Source: Narcine bancroftii
Lineage: Eukaryota
Length of the DNA: 64,000 nt
Assembly: GCF_036971445.1 (NCBI RefSeq)
Contig: NC_091475.1
Span: 26,474,001 to 26,538,000, forward strand
Direction: 5' to 3'
The notes beneath the pieces were generated by a model, which saw nothing but the letters and a program-made list of their open reading frames with translations, ran no database searches and was not told where the DNA came from. The position numbers and the translations under genes were made by a program. The number at the start of each line of letters is the position of its first letter. Position 1 is the stretch's first letter. Below are positions 1 to 13,435 of this stretch, piece by piece.

Positions 1-1051
1 GGGACGAACTATTTATTGAAAATTTTCAACAACATCTGCATGTTTGCTCTTCTTTCAACATATGTAATGTTAAACTTTTTCTTATTAAAATAAATGTTTA
101 ATAATAGTTTTGGATAAACTCTTTCATTGTCATTGGCCCATTTCCTTTAGCGTCTGAAACCGTGCACATGACGAGTCAATGAGGGATGATTAAAGCAGTG
201 GTCTTCAAACTTTTTCTTTCCACCCACAGACCACCTTAAGCAATCCCTTACTAATCACTGAGCACCAATGGCACAGGGACGCGAGTGGAAAGAAAAAGGT
301 TGAGAACTGTTGTATTGTGGTAACTCCACATCTGATTAGGTTAATTGTTAGGCAAGTGGTCAGAGAAGGACCCCCCCCCCCACCCCAAGAAAGGCTTAAA
401 TCACAGGAACAAAATAAGCTTCCGTCTCCCTGCTCCCAATCTTACACACAGTCCTGATGTGGAATGTGGGGTCGCAGCTCCACGTTCACCCGAGTTCAGG
501 TGCTGTCTGTGTGGAGTTTGTATGCTCTCCCCTTGTCTTGGACCAACAGGTCGGTTACCTGACGAAGGCACCCGAACCCCCCGTTGAAACGCCGGCGTCA
601 GGGGCAGTGGAGGAATTGGCTGAGAAGAGCGCGTTGCTCTCACCCCCCTCCCATGGCTGGAGAGGGATTAAACTGCGATCTCACGGCGCCGGGCTCATCT
701 CCAACAAAAGGAGCAGGAGGCAGGGTCCGCCGTGCACGGAGCGAGGGGGAAGGCATCGCCAACGAGACGTTCGGTCCGGCGTCGCTGCAGAAGCGCAGAC
801 CCAGCGAGGATGGTCCCCAACTCCAGCCGCGTCTGTGTGTCCGGGAGCCGGGCGGGCTGAGTGCGGCGCTCCGATCCCCGGGATTCGGGACTCTGAGATC
901 CCTCCACACCTCCGGCGTCTTCATTTTCACCTTCAGTGTGCATGCACTATACTGGCGCGGCGGCCAGCGGGCCAACTCTAATATATATTTAGTATGATCT
1001 TGCGGGCCAAATATAATTATATGGCCCGCGGGCCAGAGTTTGACATGTGTG
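1..1051. mobile_element. Right part of a non-autonomous hAT-like element with a GC/CpG-rich interior
   Basis: Ends ggcccgcgggccagagtttgacatgtgtg with repeated gcgggcc subterminal motifs (967-1034); left end outside the window or unresolved. Confidence 0.5.
196..312. mobile_element. Small hAT/Charlie-like MITE
   Basis: Imperfect TIRs cagtggtcttcaaactttttctttccac / gtggaaagaaaaaggttgagaactgttg; a similar end occurs at 29891. Confidence 0.65.
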
Positions 1052-1469
1052 CGTTAGAGTGTCCACTCAGACTCGCTCCACCTTCTCCATAAAAAGGCAA
1101 TGCCCCTGAAAGCGGCTGCAAAGGGGCAGGCTGATCATGCCGCGAAGAGGTCTTCAGCCCGAGACCCAGGAGGGCGAATTTTAAAGGGCTCACTGTGCTC
1201 AGATACTTATTACCCACATCAATCACATCATGACACTGTTCATATTCGTGATGGGTAAAGCTTTTTGTTCGGAAAGGAATGCTTAGATTAATTTTTCACT
1301 TGCTGGTGCGTCTGGATGATATCATGGTGACGGGCGGTGCTACTTCCCTCAGCTCTGGAAGGTGGCTCCTGTCGTTGCTCTATGAGGGCTTCTCCATAAA
1401 AAGATAAATTCACCCTTTCTTCAGGTGGCTTTAATGAAGGGTTAGGGCCTTTAATGAAGGTAAAAGGCC

Positions 1470-2050
1470 TCTCCCTACACTCATGACTGTATGGCCGGGC
1501 ACAATGCCAATGCCACCTACAAATTTGCCAATGACTCCAATGTTTGTCAGCAGAATCAAAGACATCAGTGAGGAAGCTCCAGGAGTGAGATAGATTGGTT
1601 GATTGAGTGGTGTCACAACAACAACCTTACATTCAATATTAGCAAAACTAAGGAATTGATTTTGGACTTCAGGAGAACACAAACTCGTCCTCATTGACAG
1701 GTCTGCAATGGAAATGGTCAAGAACTTCAAATTCCTGCATGTCAACATCTCTGAAGATCTGTTCTAGGGCCTCCATTGTCGATGCAATCACAAAGAAGGC
1801 CCACTACTGGCTATATTTCATCAGGAATTTTGAGGAGGTTTGGTATGTCACCAAAGATTCTTGCAAACTTCTACAGCTGTCTTGTGGAGAGCATTCTGAC
1901 TTGTCGCATCACTGTCTAGTATGGAGATGCCAAAGCACAGGATAGAAAAAGATGACAGAGTTGTGAACTCTGCTAACGTCATCATGGGCATCAGTCTTCA
2001 GTCCATGAAGGACATCTACAAGAGGTGGTATCTCAAGAAAGCAGCCTCCA
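1470..2050 (+). mobile_element. Rex1/Babar-clade LINE fragment (degraded)
   Basis: WCHNNNLTFNISKTKELILDFR relic; homologous to 14120-14890. Confidence 0.75.
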
Positions 2051-2135
2051 GGGTTTGAGGGTGATCTGGCTGTGACACCTGTCACTGCACTGATCGCGAG
2101 GGATGATTTGGCTGGTCTGGCTGGCTAGGCGGGTG
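2051..2135 (+). pseudogene. 7SK snRNA 5' fragment (nt 1-85), retropseudogene
   Basis: Ungapped match to recalled human 7SK nt 1-85 (GGATGTGAGGGCGATCTGGCTG...CTGGCTAGGCGGGTG), 73/85 identical by my count; rest of 7SK absent. Confidence 0.85.
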
Positions 2136-2745
2136 AAATAAGTTATTGAATTAATCTATGATAACCTTGTTAAACCCATATTTGCCATTAATTTAGATAA
2201 AAATTGCTAAAAAAAAATCAAACAAAATAAAAATCTAAAAACTAAATCTAATCTATCTCTTCCCTCTAATCAAGGTAACCTTTGTAAAAGAAAAGGAAAA
2301 TTATGGATCAGATAGTGACCTCCAGACATTGAACATTCAAATTCTTAATTCTTCCAATGATGAAGATATCCTTTCTTTAATGTTGCATCTATTTTTCTTC
2401 AAACTTAAATGGGACATTACATCATGTAACCATGTACAAGTAGGTGAAGAGTCATATTTCCATTTCATTAAAATTGCTCATCTGGCTATCAATGTAGTAA
2501 AGGCTAAAACTTTCTCCAGACCGAACTATATCTGTCTCACATGAAAAAAAAACAAAGCAATTAACGGACAAAGTTCCATATTAATCTTAAAAATCATTGA
2601 TAAAATTTGGAAAATCTCTCTAAATTTGGACACTCCCAAAACATGTGAATCAGTGAAGCCTCAAAAATTTTACACTTCTCACCTAGTGGATCAATATCTG
2701 CATAAAAATGAGATAATTTAAGTCTGGACTTATGAAACATCTAAT
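2136..2745 (-). mobile_element. Old L1-clade 3' fragment (second family)
   Basis: Homologous to 30070-31085; degraded ORF2 C-terminus on the minus strand. Confidence 0.75.
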
Positions 2746-3014
2746 CCCCAAAACATCAAGCAGCCAATTCTGCCCTTGTGTAATGGAAAAAAAATTTGTC
2801 AACTATTTGAATACACTTTTTTTCATGTATCAACGGGCTTTTATTCTATTATTCAAGTTTTTCTAAATTCTCCAGTTCTCATGAAGATTAATTGAAACAT
2901 CAGCTTTTTAAAAATGTTTCCACAGAATGTAGACTGAGCTGAATACTTATATCATTTTCTGTTTTTATTTCAAGAGGACAGAATTCAAGTAATAGTTCAG
3001 TATTACAGAATACT

Positions 3015-3100
3015 GTAATGAGTTTGTATATTCTCCCTGTGTCTGTGTGGGTTACCCCTGGGGAATCTGGTTCCTTTCCATCATTCAAAAACACAACTGA
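3015..3100 (+). mobile_element. V-SINE fragment
   Basis: gagtttgtatattctccctgtgtctgtgtggg. Confidence 0.6.
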
Positions 3101-3144
3101 ATTCTAGAGTTACAATGAGACCAATTGTGCTTGATATTTAATTG

Positions 3145-3941
3145 CACTGGACAACAAAGATTTTGCTTCCTGAACACTTTTGGTTGTATTTTTTGCATTT
3201 TGGCTTGCTGATCATGAAAATCACCATAAAAAAATTCCTTTCATGTACCTTTTTCTTTTAGATATAACCTGTGTTTGTGATTTCATGTTATATTTTAAGT
3301 TGACTAGTATATTGCCCACAAAGCAAGCTGTTTTGGTCAGTCCAAGCATGCCTAGACATGCACTCTGTCCAGGTGCTATGCAAATGTTGTCTTTGGCCTG
3401 GGAATGCTTTGTTAGGATAGATGGAAACAGGCTTTAAAAGCAGCTCACATATGCTGGTGTTGTGTATTACATTGAAGTAGATTGAACACATGTTGATGCA
3501 CATGCTCTTCAGGCAATAGCATAGTGAGTGTACTTAACAATAGCCTTTATTGTCTTAAGGAAGATACAATAGAACAGAAATATCTCACCAATGTCACATC
3601 AGCTGTGATGTGGCGAGTTTCTGCTTAGGCCTCAAAGGTGTAGCATGACTTCACCTAGTAAGAAATCCCATGAGCTCTACTTTGTTGTAAAATTGATGAC
3701 CAAGTCAAACCCTGGGCTCCTCACATTTGTTGCACATGTGCAGTCAACCTGAGAACTTGGTTCAGTTGTACATTATGTTATTCAACATGTTAAATTCAGT
3801 AAAAGTTCATTTAATGTTTCTCCAACTTCTTACATGATGCAGCAAATCTGAAATTATCTTTGTGCTCAGCTTGAAGTTGCCTATCATAATCTTCAATTTC
3901 TTTTCTGGAAGCAAACCTTTGAAAAAATGTATTGTCCAGTG
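3145..3941 (+). mobile_element. Non-autonomous Chapaev3-type (CMC) DNA transposon
   Basis: TIRs cactggacaa / ttgtccagtg; flanks ttg/tta (TWA-like TSD); transposase N-terminal relic DDQVKPWAPHICC at ~3695-3733. Confidence 0.75.
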
Positions 3942-4527
3942 TTATGGTACAAGTAGTCATAATCAAAATTAAGTTAATGGAGATAAAAGGAAAAATTCAG
4001 CAATTACTGTCATACCTGTCAGAAGGGTACTTTGCTGTGGTTGTTGGAAACACATCATCCCACAATCAGGCCATGCAGGTTTTCCTCAGGGTACCGTTCT
4101 GTATCCTTGGCATATTTCCCACATAATGATGCCAAAAGTGTAGCTATATATAAAACCTGACTTCCAGCACCTTATTGTATTTCTCCAGGAACGAAGTACA
4201 CTTTTAAAAATACAACTCCAGCTTCTAGATGGGGTTAAAGTGGCAAAGGGGTGATTGGGATAGGATTGTACGATGAGTTTTTATTATGAATGTGCTCTAT
4301 AAGTTTGATCATTTTTGTTGGACTCTTTAAATTTGACACCTATGTTGTGCACTCTACAAATTTTCTGTACAGATTTTGTTTATGTAAAATTCAATAAAAA
4401 TATTCTTGAGAAGAAAAATAGAGGGTTCTGAGTTGTGAGGTTGCAAAGGGTTACTTTGATGGTGAAATAGGTTTATATAGGTCAGCACAACATCATGGGC
4501 CATAGGGGCGCACTGTTGGATGTTCTA

Positions 4528-4638
4528 TGTCTGCCTGTCCCGCATCGAACTTGTCAGCCACAAACGAGCCTGCAGCTGACGTGGACATTTACCCCCTCCA
4601 TAAATCTTCGTCCGCGAAGCCAAGCCAAAGAAGAAGAC
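4528..4638 (+). mobile_element. Short RTE 3' end
   Basis: Matches 27818-27923; (gaa)n tail. Confidence 0.88.
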
Positions 4639-5125
4639 ATTCAGTAACACTGCCATTCGTAAGTACCCCTACTATCAACATCTTCGGAGTCACAGATGAC
4701 GAGCATTACTGTGTGTGTATAATAACCATAAAGTACATTCTAGTGTGTTCCGGACCTACAAACTTCATTATAAACACTTTAACCTCCAGTTTAAACACTA
4801 TTCTGATTTAGTCAGACTGTCACTGTCAACGATGGGCAACAGTCAAAAACTCCCTAGCTAACTGTCATAGGAATATTTTCGCTAAAATGACTGGAGCAAT
4901 TAAAGAACAATAACCACCTTCCTGAAAACAAAGAAGTGCCATGTCAGCCTAAATTTAGTGAACAAAATAAAAATTTCCAAAGTGGAGGAGGTAACAAGTT
5001 GGAGTCAACAAGAATGATTAAAGTAGCAGAAATTTTGTAGAGATGGGCTGGATGGACTGTAGTATTTCTGCCTAAAACTGCTGCTAGGGTAATGATCAAA
5101 TTGTGCCCAACATTTACAGTGCACC

Positions 5126-5520
5126 TAGTAAAACATGAAAGTCTGCAGACACCGTGGTTGAAGTAAATACACAATCCTAGAGAAACTCAGCAGGTCAAGC
5201 AAGAACTCCTGATTTTCCGTCTGGGCACTCTCCAGCCAGATGGCATTAACATTGACTTTTCTGGTTTCTGCTAATTTGCTCTTCTCTTCCCCCTCCCCCT
5301 TTCCAGTTCTCCCTCCTCCCCTTGATCGCTGTTGTTCCTTCCCTCCCTTCTCCACCTATCACCTCCTGCCTTTGCCTCCCCCCCTTTTGTTCGGATGCCT
5401 GCCGACATTTTTCCATACCTTGATGAAGGGCTCAAGCCCAAAACATCGGTTACTTATTTTTTCCTTTGCTATATAAAGGGCAGTGCTTGACCTGCTGAGT
5501 TTCTCCAGCATTTTTACATT
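5126..5520. mobile_element. Penelope-like element remnant with an inverted terminal segment
   Basis: 22-bp perfect inverted repeat 5180-5201 / 5484-5505; LIFRLGTLQPDGINIDFS endonuclease C-terminus; pyrimidine tract; degenerate hammerhead core at 5420-5444. Confidence 0.75.
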
Positions 5521-6014
5521 TACAGTGAACTTGCTGACTCCCTGATAGACATCAGTCTTGTTTCACAGGTAGCTGCCCTAATTTTGCATCAAAAGCTAAT
5601 GGTTCAAACCTATTGATAGGTGTTAGCACAAAGTAGACTTGACACTGGTGAAATACTGAGACTGCTGCGTCACAAGAGATGCTGGTTTTCAGATGAAACA
5701 TTCAGCTCATGCCTGAACTGCTCTTTCAGATGGATACAAAAAAAAATACAAGGCACTGTGACCAAGGAGTTTTTCCAGGGTTTTGGGTGACAATTATTTA
5801 CTTGATTTATGCCAGCAATGCAGCTTTTAGGGTTATTTCTCTTGATGTCATCTGCCAATTCTTACTACCTAAAAGGAAAGTTGATTGCGGGGGTAAGAGA
5901 ACAGAATGCAACTGGTGTCTAGGAACCAGGAGGATTTCAAGGAGGTAATTGAAACCTTTACAATCACAGGTCTTTAAACTGAGCTGAAACTTGAGTGTTT
6001 TCAAGACCCATAAT

Positions 6015-6020
6015 TTTATT
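6015..6020 (-). terminator. Candidate distal polyadenylation signal (AATAAA) for IGSF3
   Basis: tttatt on + at the edge of a long AT-rich, largely TE-poor stretch downstream of the stop; other candidates at ~7182, ~8433, ~11323, ~11713. Confidence 0.3.
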
Positions 6021-9000
6021 AACAACTAAATAACAAGTTTTCTTACAAAGCACATCACATTTTAAAATTCACATTAAACACACATATCACAAATAAAATT
6101 CAGCAGTATCATGCATTATTGATACATAGAAAATTTCTAAAATAAGATGTCCATCGAAACAATGTATTATTGGGAATATCCCAATATCTGAAGCTACGTT
6201 AGCATTCTAACTGAAGTTCCCATTTATTACTGGAATTCTAGATTACAGTGAGTACATAATTACAGTGCAAACGGTACCAAAATGGTTCGGAGTAAAGGTT
6301 TCCACTTCACAATATAAAATTTAAAATTGGATTAACTGAGTAGCAGGACATGCCAAAATAATTGCCCACCTACAAGAAGCGTGTACATCGGGCTGGTTGT
6401 GTGATACTTTTACTTATCAATTAATTTTAATATTTTAAAGCACGTTATACATGAGCTTGACAATAAGACTTCAAGTCAGGAGGGTCATTTCATGTATAAT
6501 AGCTCTACCTGAAGACAGTGCAGGGAGTCCAACTTCAACTTGAGAAATGCCAAGAGTACAGTTAAATGTACTAAATTAATCAAATAGTTTAATGTAATTA
6601 TGCCAAAGACTAGCAGAACTGTTTAAATAGTCAAACTTACAAAGAAGTGAGAAATCCTGAATGAAGCAACATTAAATGGAATATACAACAATGGAAGTGT
6701 TATATTGCATAAAAAGTGATAGCTTACACACACTGGAGAAACTATTCAGTGGAGCCAGTTTTAGAGGCAAATGATTATTATTGTAATGGTCACTTTACTC
6801 CCCCCAACCCACTGATCCAGTGACACATTAACATACCATGTGGATAATTCAGATTGTTAGCTATCAGGTTCATGCCTGATCCTGACCAGCAACTGTTCAA
6901 TCTTATCAGATGTGCCATTAAGGCTGGAGTAGTGGGGAGAAATAAAAGTTGATAACTGTGCTGTAAATTATACAAGTAATTGAACCTTGCTATTATTAAC
7001 ATGATATTTAGCCTTCATCAGAATTAATGGCAACAAAATACCCTTTGATCATTCGATTTTAAATGCACCCTAGTAAGCTGATAGAAAGATGCTGTTTTGT
7101 TTAAATATTTAATACATTTACTGTGATAGGTAACTAATCCTAAAACATGTATTCATGGCATCTACTTTTAATGTGTCAAATTTTATTTTAACAGTATGAA
7201 TCAATTTAATTATTATTTAGTATGTGTGTTAACATATACTGTAAATTACTACCTCTTTGAAATGCAAATTTATAGTGAGATTTGTTGCAGCTCTCAAAAA
7301 ATAATAGGATCACAAGGTCATTTGGCCCTTCAAGTCTCTGCTCTGAGAACATTGCTGATCTCTACCTCTCGCCCACTTCTCAAGCAGTCTAATCCCAAAG
7401 ATAATGTTCCAGCTGATGAAAGAACTGGAAGACAAAGGAATCAATTTAAACTATTTGGTGACAAAGTAGCTTCAAATGCACCACTGATGATTTTTTTAAA
7501 AATTCTGTTCAGCAACACATTTGATTTTGCACAATGAAGTTTGGGGGCGTTTCTGACTGACTGTAATTTCCAGCTGGTATATTTGAGTTGTACCCTTTCA
7601 GCACAGCCCCTCACAAATTTACATGATATTTAAAACCGAGGTTTAATAGAATCAATATTTTCCAAGTGGATAACAAAGCACATGGATTTAAGCAAAATGG
7701 AGTAACTTAAATAGTAACTTGAAAGGTTAATTGTCCACTGTCATGAAGATAGAAATTACAAGATTTTGGAGAAGTAGATTTTGGGATTCATTTTTTTAAA
7801 AAAAAGAGATAGCAAATACTTGGCATGGGCTCTTTCTGTTGTCTATGATTCTGTGAATGATAGCTTGACTCAAAAAGGCAATGAAGCAGGCTAGAGGTTT
7901 GATCACTAGCTCTCCTCAATATGCTGTTCCTTAGAGGCAGTGATTAGATCCTACAGTTTGTTCCAAAGAATCAGATTGCAAAAAACAGCCAATGAAAGAT
8001 TGAAGAAACTGTGTAAACATTATGAGAAAAGCATCAAGTAATCCTTTTATGCTATACTTAATCAAATGCCCTATTGGGATTCACAAAGGTCATACAGTAC
8101 TTGAAACTGAGCATTTGGATGGAGTGAGGTATATAAAAGTTGCTTCTGCAAATATATTCCAACAGGATTCTAGTGGCATGATATGATGAGAAATGAACAT
8201 ATCAAGAAAATAATAATGATTAGGCTTTAGAATGATACATTTGTAATATATTCTGTTTTATCAAACTCTCTTCAATAATACTTGACATGCAATTCTGCAT
8301 CGTACTTAAAAAAACCCAGCTCACTCAGATTACATAGACAATTTTAAGTGGAGAACCAAGAACAGAATAATTTTTAGATTGAGAAGAAAGCAAAGATCTA
8401 GAATTCTATTGTGTGAAATGCTACTTTGAATTTTTATTTTTTAAAAAAATGATCATTTGCTTTCTGGCGCATTCATTGGTGAAAACTAAGAATTTCTTGT
8501 GTATTCTATATGAAAGTAGTACATTGGTTTTATATTTACACATTTTATAAAACTATTTTTAATCATAAGTAGATAGTGAAAGTTTATAAAATTATACCCA
8601 TAATTCTTACTCTTAGAAAATTGCAGCATTTGCCATTGATGCCTTCATTCCATTTTCCCCCTGTAGGGTATGATATGAATGTTGTATATCATTCATGTCA
8701 TTATTCTTCAATTTAAATATTAATGAAAGAGTATGCTTGCATGACTTGTATTGCCGATATAATGCTGAATGTAGGATTTTTACAGTGTGCAATGAAGTGC
8801 CAAACACAAACTTTAAAAGATTGAGTGGTTCATATTATTCAATTATTTAATCCAGTCTGCAAAGTATTTGTGCATTTACTAAAACTCCACAGGAGGCCTA
8901 ATTATATTTGCTTTTTAAAGTTGCTGTGTAATTTTTCAAGTTGTAAAGTCTAATACAGTCTTTCTCAACTTAATCTCCCAAGACTTAATTGGTCTTTTCC

Positions 9001-12000
9001 TTATTTGTGGTCTCTGGAGACATATGCTGTGGTTCATAAATACCATAAACATTTCACCCTGTTGGACAAAATACCAAAAAGATATTCCAGATTAAAACAA
9101 TGGAAATTTTCACACAGCACACTCAGAATTATATTATGTACCACAAAGTGAAATTTGAACCTTGACTTGCAATACTTTGTTTCTTGACATACCATTTTTG
9201 TTAAGATCTGCTACTTATCTTAATTTCTACCTTCCACATCTTGTCCTATTCCTGTTAGATCCAGATTCTAGCATTGATCCAGAAAGAAATCATTGTTCCC
9301 AATGATTTCTATATTCATTTATGCATTAAAAATAGTTTTTGAAGAATTGTTACAGGTCTCAGCCAGAATAAGTTTTCTTTGACTTGGGAACTTCTCTTCC
9401 AGCTAAAGCCACAATTTTTAACACATTTTTAAACTTGAGCGCAGACACTTAATGTCTTTGATAAATTTTTCACTTCGGTTCCACTATTTTGTAGATTGCT
9501 ATGTTTCATTGGACATAATTAAGAAAACTGCTTCAGTTTTATGAAATGGAAATTATCAAGTTCAAATTGTTCAGTATTGTTTAATATAATAAAGCTAATT
9601 TTTATAACTCTGGCTACACTAAACTATATTGATTTACTCTCTAAAAGTCACTCTAAAAGTGCACCATGCCGAACAATTACTAGCTTCACAAATGAAAGCA
9701 AATTACTTAAGTAAACAAGTACCTCACTCTCCAATTGATGCTTACAAGATGTTAAGCACTGAACAGATTCATTCAAGCTGGTCCAGGATTAGAAAGTATA
9801 ATTTCTGAGCCATGAACCTCCTTTGGCAATGTTTTATAAGGGCAGAAAGTAAAAAAAAACTGTTGGTTTCATTAGGAAGAACAAGATGTGCAGAACAGAT
9901 GTTACATCACAATGTGAATGTGTATGACTAGGAGAGGAAATAATATAATCAATTACAATTAATCCAATGACCATCTCATATTCCTCCAGGGTTAGTATTT
10001 AGATCCATTATTTATAATTGGTGGAAGTAAAACCATGTGGGAATGTTGACCCAAATGATGAGGTTGCTTGGGCGGGGAAGAATGTTGGAGGAGTTGGGTA
10101 GAAGAGAGTAAATTGTCAACCATATGCACTGCTCATTTATCCTCTACTGATGAATGTACTCAGTTACACTTTGTGAATGTACTAGGGTGTTTGGAAGCCT
10201 TAGTAGCTGAAATACATCTGTTTTCACAGGCTAGCAAATCATGTACCAGTGCCCACTGACTCGCCAACATTGCCACCTGTTGACATCATTCTGCTAATAC
10301 TGGTGGATCAAGATTCTCCCAATCTTTTCTGGGAGCGGTCTGGAGGTTCCTGACTTGGCAACAACTGTAGGACCTTGGTGGGGAGAGTGAACATTGTTGA
10401 AGAAAGGAGCATCAAGCAGCTGTGAAAAGTAACACTGGTGGTTCAACAGCCTCATTTTTGGTGAAAGCAAGGAGCTGAGGGCTGGACAGTGGAAGAATTT
10501 AAAGGGCAAGAAAGAGGAAACATGATAAGTGACAGAAGTGCGTGAAGGGAGAGGGAGGTAACTTGACCATAGGAAGGAATGGACTGTGGAAGACTGTTAG
10601 GGAGAAGGAAACACAGGGAGCAAGACTGAGCAAGAATAGACTAAATAAGAGATAAAGGGGAAGGGGCAGGGGTGGAGGTTGCAGGATCAGGTCTGATGAA
10701 AAGGATAGGGGCATGATTGCATACTTATGTGGGGGCATGCATGCCAAGTCTATGCAGCAAAGCTTAGTCTCCAACTGTCTTGGACCTCCTTGCCATTGGA
10801 CCAAAACCACATCCTTTCAGTTCTGAAGGATTGCCAAAGAAAAGTTTAGTCATCAGAAATCCTTGCTTCCCTGGCTAATAAAAATATTATGTCAAACTGA
10901 TCACATACACAAGAAGATCCTTGAGCTACATAGTTAGTCCGACAAGGAACCTTATATCTGAATCCAGGCTTTCAAACAACTCTGATTAATCAATATAGTT
11001 TTGATGCGGGCTACAAAGCAACTCCAGACCAGCTGGTTACCCAATGCTGTGCTATACGTTAATCATCTGTGGTAGTAAAGTACAGAAAGACAAGAATAAA
11101 GCAGTGACACAAGGAACAAAACATTGTCTGAAGGTCTCATTGGTGGAATGTCTCGTGGAAAAAAGGCACTGTGAGGATTTTGCCAGAACCTCCAGCCGCT
11201 ATGTTCTAAAATCCTGGTATTGAGAACAATAATGCAGAAGCTAGACCTGCTAGGTATTTACTGTTGCACTGATTTACCATGGACCTATGTCTATAAATCA
11301 TGCATGTCAGAGCAGAGTTCATTTTATTTATGTAACGTATATAATAATTTCAGATAAATTTTCCACATGTTCTAACCATAAATAGTTGCCTCAATTCTGA
11401 TCAGCAGGGAACAGCTTTGCAATCATTCAAGGTTGGATAATTAATCATCCATCAATTCAAATCATATGATGCATGAAATCAAATGCATTCAACTTGAAAA
11501 TCTACCAATCTACAGAGGGAGATGTAGCAGTTTGTTTGGACAGTCACTATTGATGTAAAATGTTCCCATTTGCAGAATCCTCCTGGTCATTTTTTGCAAC
11601 AAGCTCCAGTCACTTCTGTTCACCAATGTTCCGTAAATATTAATGACTTTTTTCTTGTTATTATTTTATTTCTTGACCTATGGAATTTATGATTGGTCCA
11701 ATGAAAGTCATTTTTATTTCAGTTAAAAAAAATCCCTAAATTGCTCGCAGGGAGTTTAAGATTGATTTAGCAAATAGAAATGGATCTTCTGCATGGCATA
11801 ACAAGAGTTTCTTTGAAGATTCTCCAAGATAAGTAAGCTGAGACAAGTACTATGTAATTTAGATTGGCAGGTTAATAGCAAAGGCTAATATCCTGATAAC
11901 CAATGAACTTTGTTGGTCAGGTTGGTAACTAATTCTCTTGATCAAACAGCAAGCACTCTTTCAAAGAAACAGAAACAAAACAAGCAATTATAATCACTTT

Positions 12001-13184
12001 TTCAAACATGGAATAAAAAGTTATTTTAAAAAGTGCAAAAAACTAAGTATAAAAACAATGTATTCAGCTGCACGACTACTTTCCATTCTACAAAGCTGCA
12101 GCTTGATTAGACTCCGTCTCAAAAAACACTAAATGAACAAAATTGGCTATACTTGCTAAAAAATCTGTATGATCCTCATGTGCATTCACTGGAAGGAATG
12201 GAAATTCATTTTCCCACATCCTGCACTTGGGGAACATTGAAGTAACAATGCAATCATAACATTAATGTCCATCACTGTTGTGCACAAGGTGTCATCCATG
12301 GCTTTTCTATTGCACATCATAGTCATTTGACGTTGGTCAAACCTATAAATTTGCCTGACACATCTACAATCCTTCAGTTGTATCGCTCCTTCTAGACATC
12401 TGTGATCTTCCCACTCCTCTTTCATTGTTTCTGTGATTCAGTGTTCTGAGCTGTGCTAGTCGAGTAGGAAGTCTGGCTGTACAATAATCCCTCCAGTTGC
12501 GTCTTGCTTTCGATATAATGTTGACTCTCATTTCTTTTATCCAAACCAAGGGGTAATTAAAAGTCATGAAGCTTTTGGGGGGGAAACAAATCTTCATACT
12601 TAGATTATAGTTCAACATTTTCCATCCAGCTGACAGTCCTATATTCTTAACATTTAGGAGATTGTTTTTTTCTGACATCAGATTTGTCACACATAGCAGA
12701 CTAATGTGATAAGCAGAACACTCATGCAATGAAAACAGTTGGCAAAAGACTAGAAATTCATCAGTGGTCAGTGGCACTAACCACACCATAGAGCAACAGC
12801 AGTACATTGTGTTCTGCCTCAGGGTCTTTAAGAGACAAGACATAATGTTGCTGATGTACACTGCACTCATCACTATTAGCCAGGAATGAATCGCTAATCA
12901 CAGATTAATGTGAAATTAAACATTCCAGATCCACCAAAATTTTTTTTAGGTATATTGGGAAAGTGGCCAATTGAGCCAAACATTTTACAATAAATGTATC
13001 CTTTCTCCCCTATTTCTCAATCCAGTAACCTCAGAATGTGCATTCATGATTCAAGGGATGGAGGATGGTCTTTCAAATTTTAATTTTAATTTTTGGGATG
13101 AATATTCACCCTTCATCCATGATAACCTTGATCATTTCAATTGAATGTCAATTTATTTTATCCAAAATCCTTTTCTTTCCTCCG

Positions 13185-13435
13185 TTAAGCGATACTTCCT
13201 GGTCCTATTCTGAAATCCGGTGGCTCAAGGCTTGTTGGGGAATAAGTCACCGCTGGCTCTTTAATCCAGAGTAATGGAACACCATTTTTGGCATCAGACT
13301 TTTTCTGAGAGTTTAGGGTTTTGTAACGTGTCAGTAAAATGGCAATAAGAAGGACCCCAAAAATTGGAAAGGGATAGAAAAATATGAAGTAAAACAGGGC
13401 ATCATTTGAACAAACTGCTTGCTGAAGAGAAGAAC
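13185..13435 (-). CDS. IGSF3: IGSF3 terminal coding exon: transmembrane helix and cytoplasmic tail
   Basis: cctacag|GT acceptor; CSNDALFYFIFFYPFPIFG...KNGVPLLWIKEP...YSPT is diagnostic of the IGSF3 C-terminus (recalled); TAA at 13187-13185. Confidence 0.96.

Noticed and set aside
345-997. Several overlapping GC-rich ORFs (80-174 aa)
   Set aside because: Stop-poor GC-rich interior of a hAT-like element; no domain motifs or splice structure
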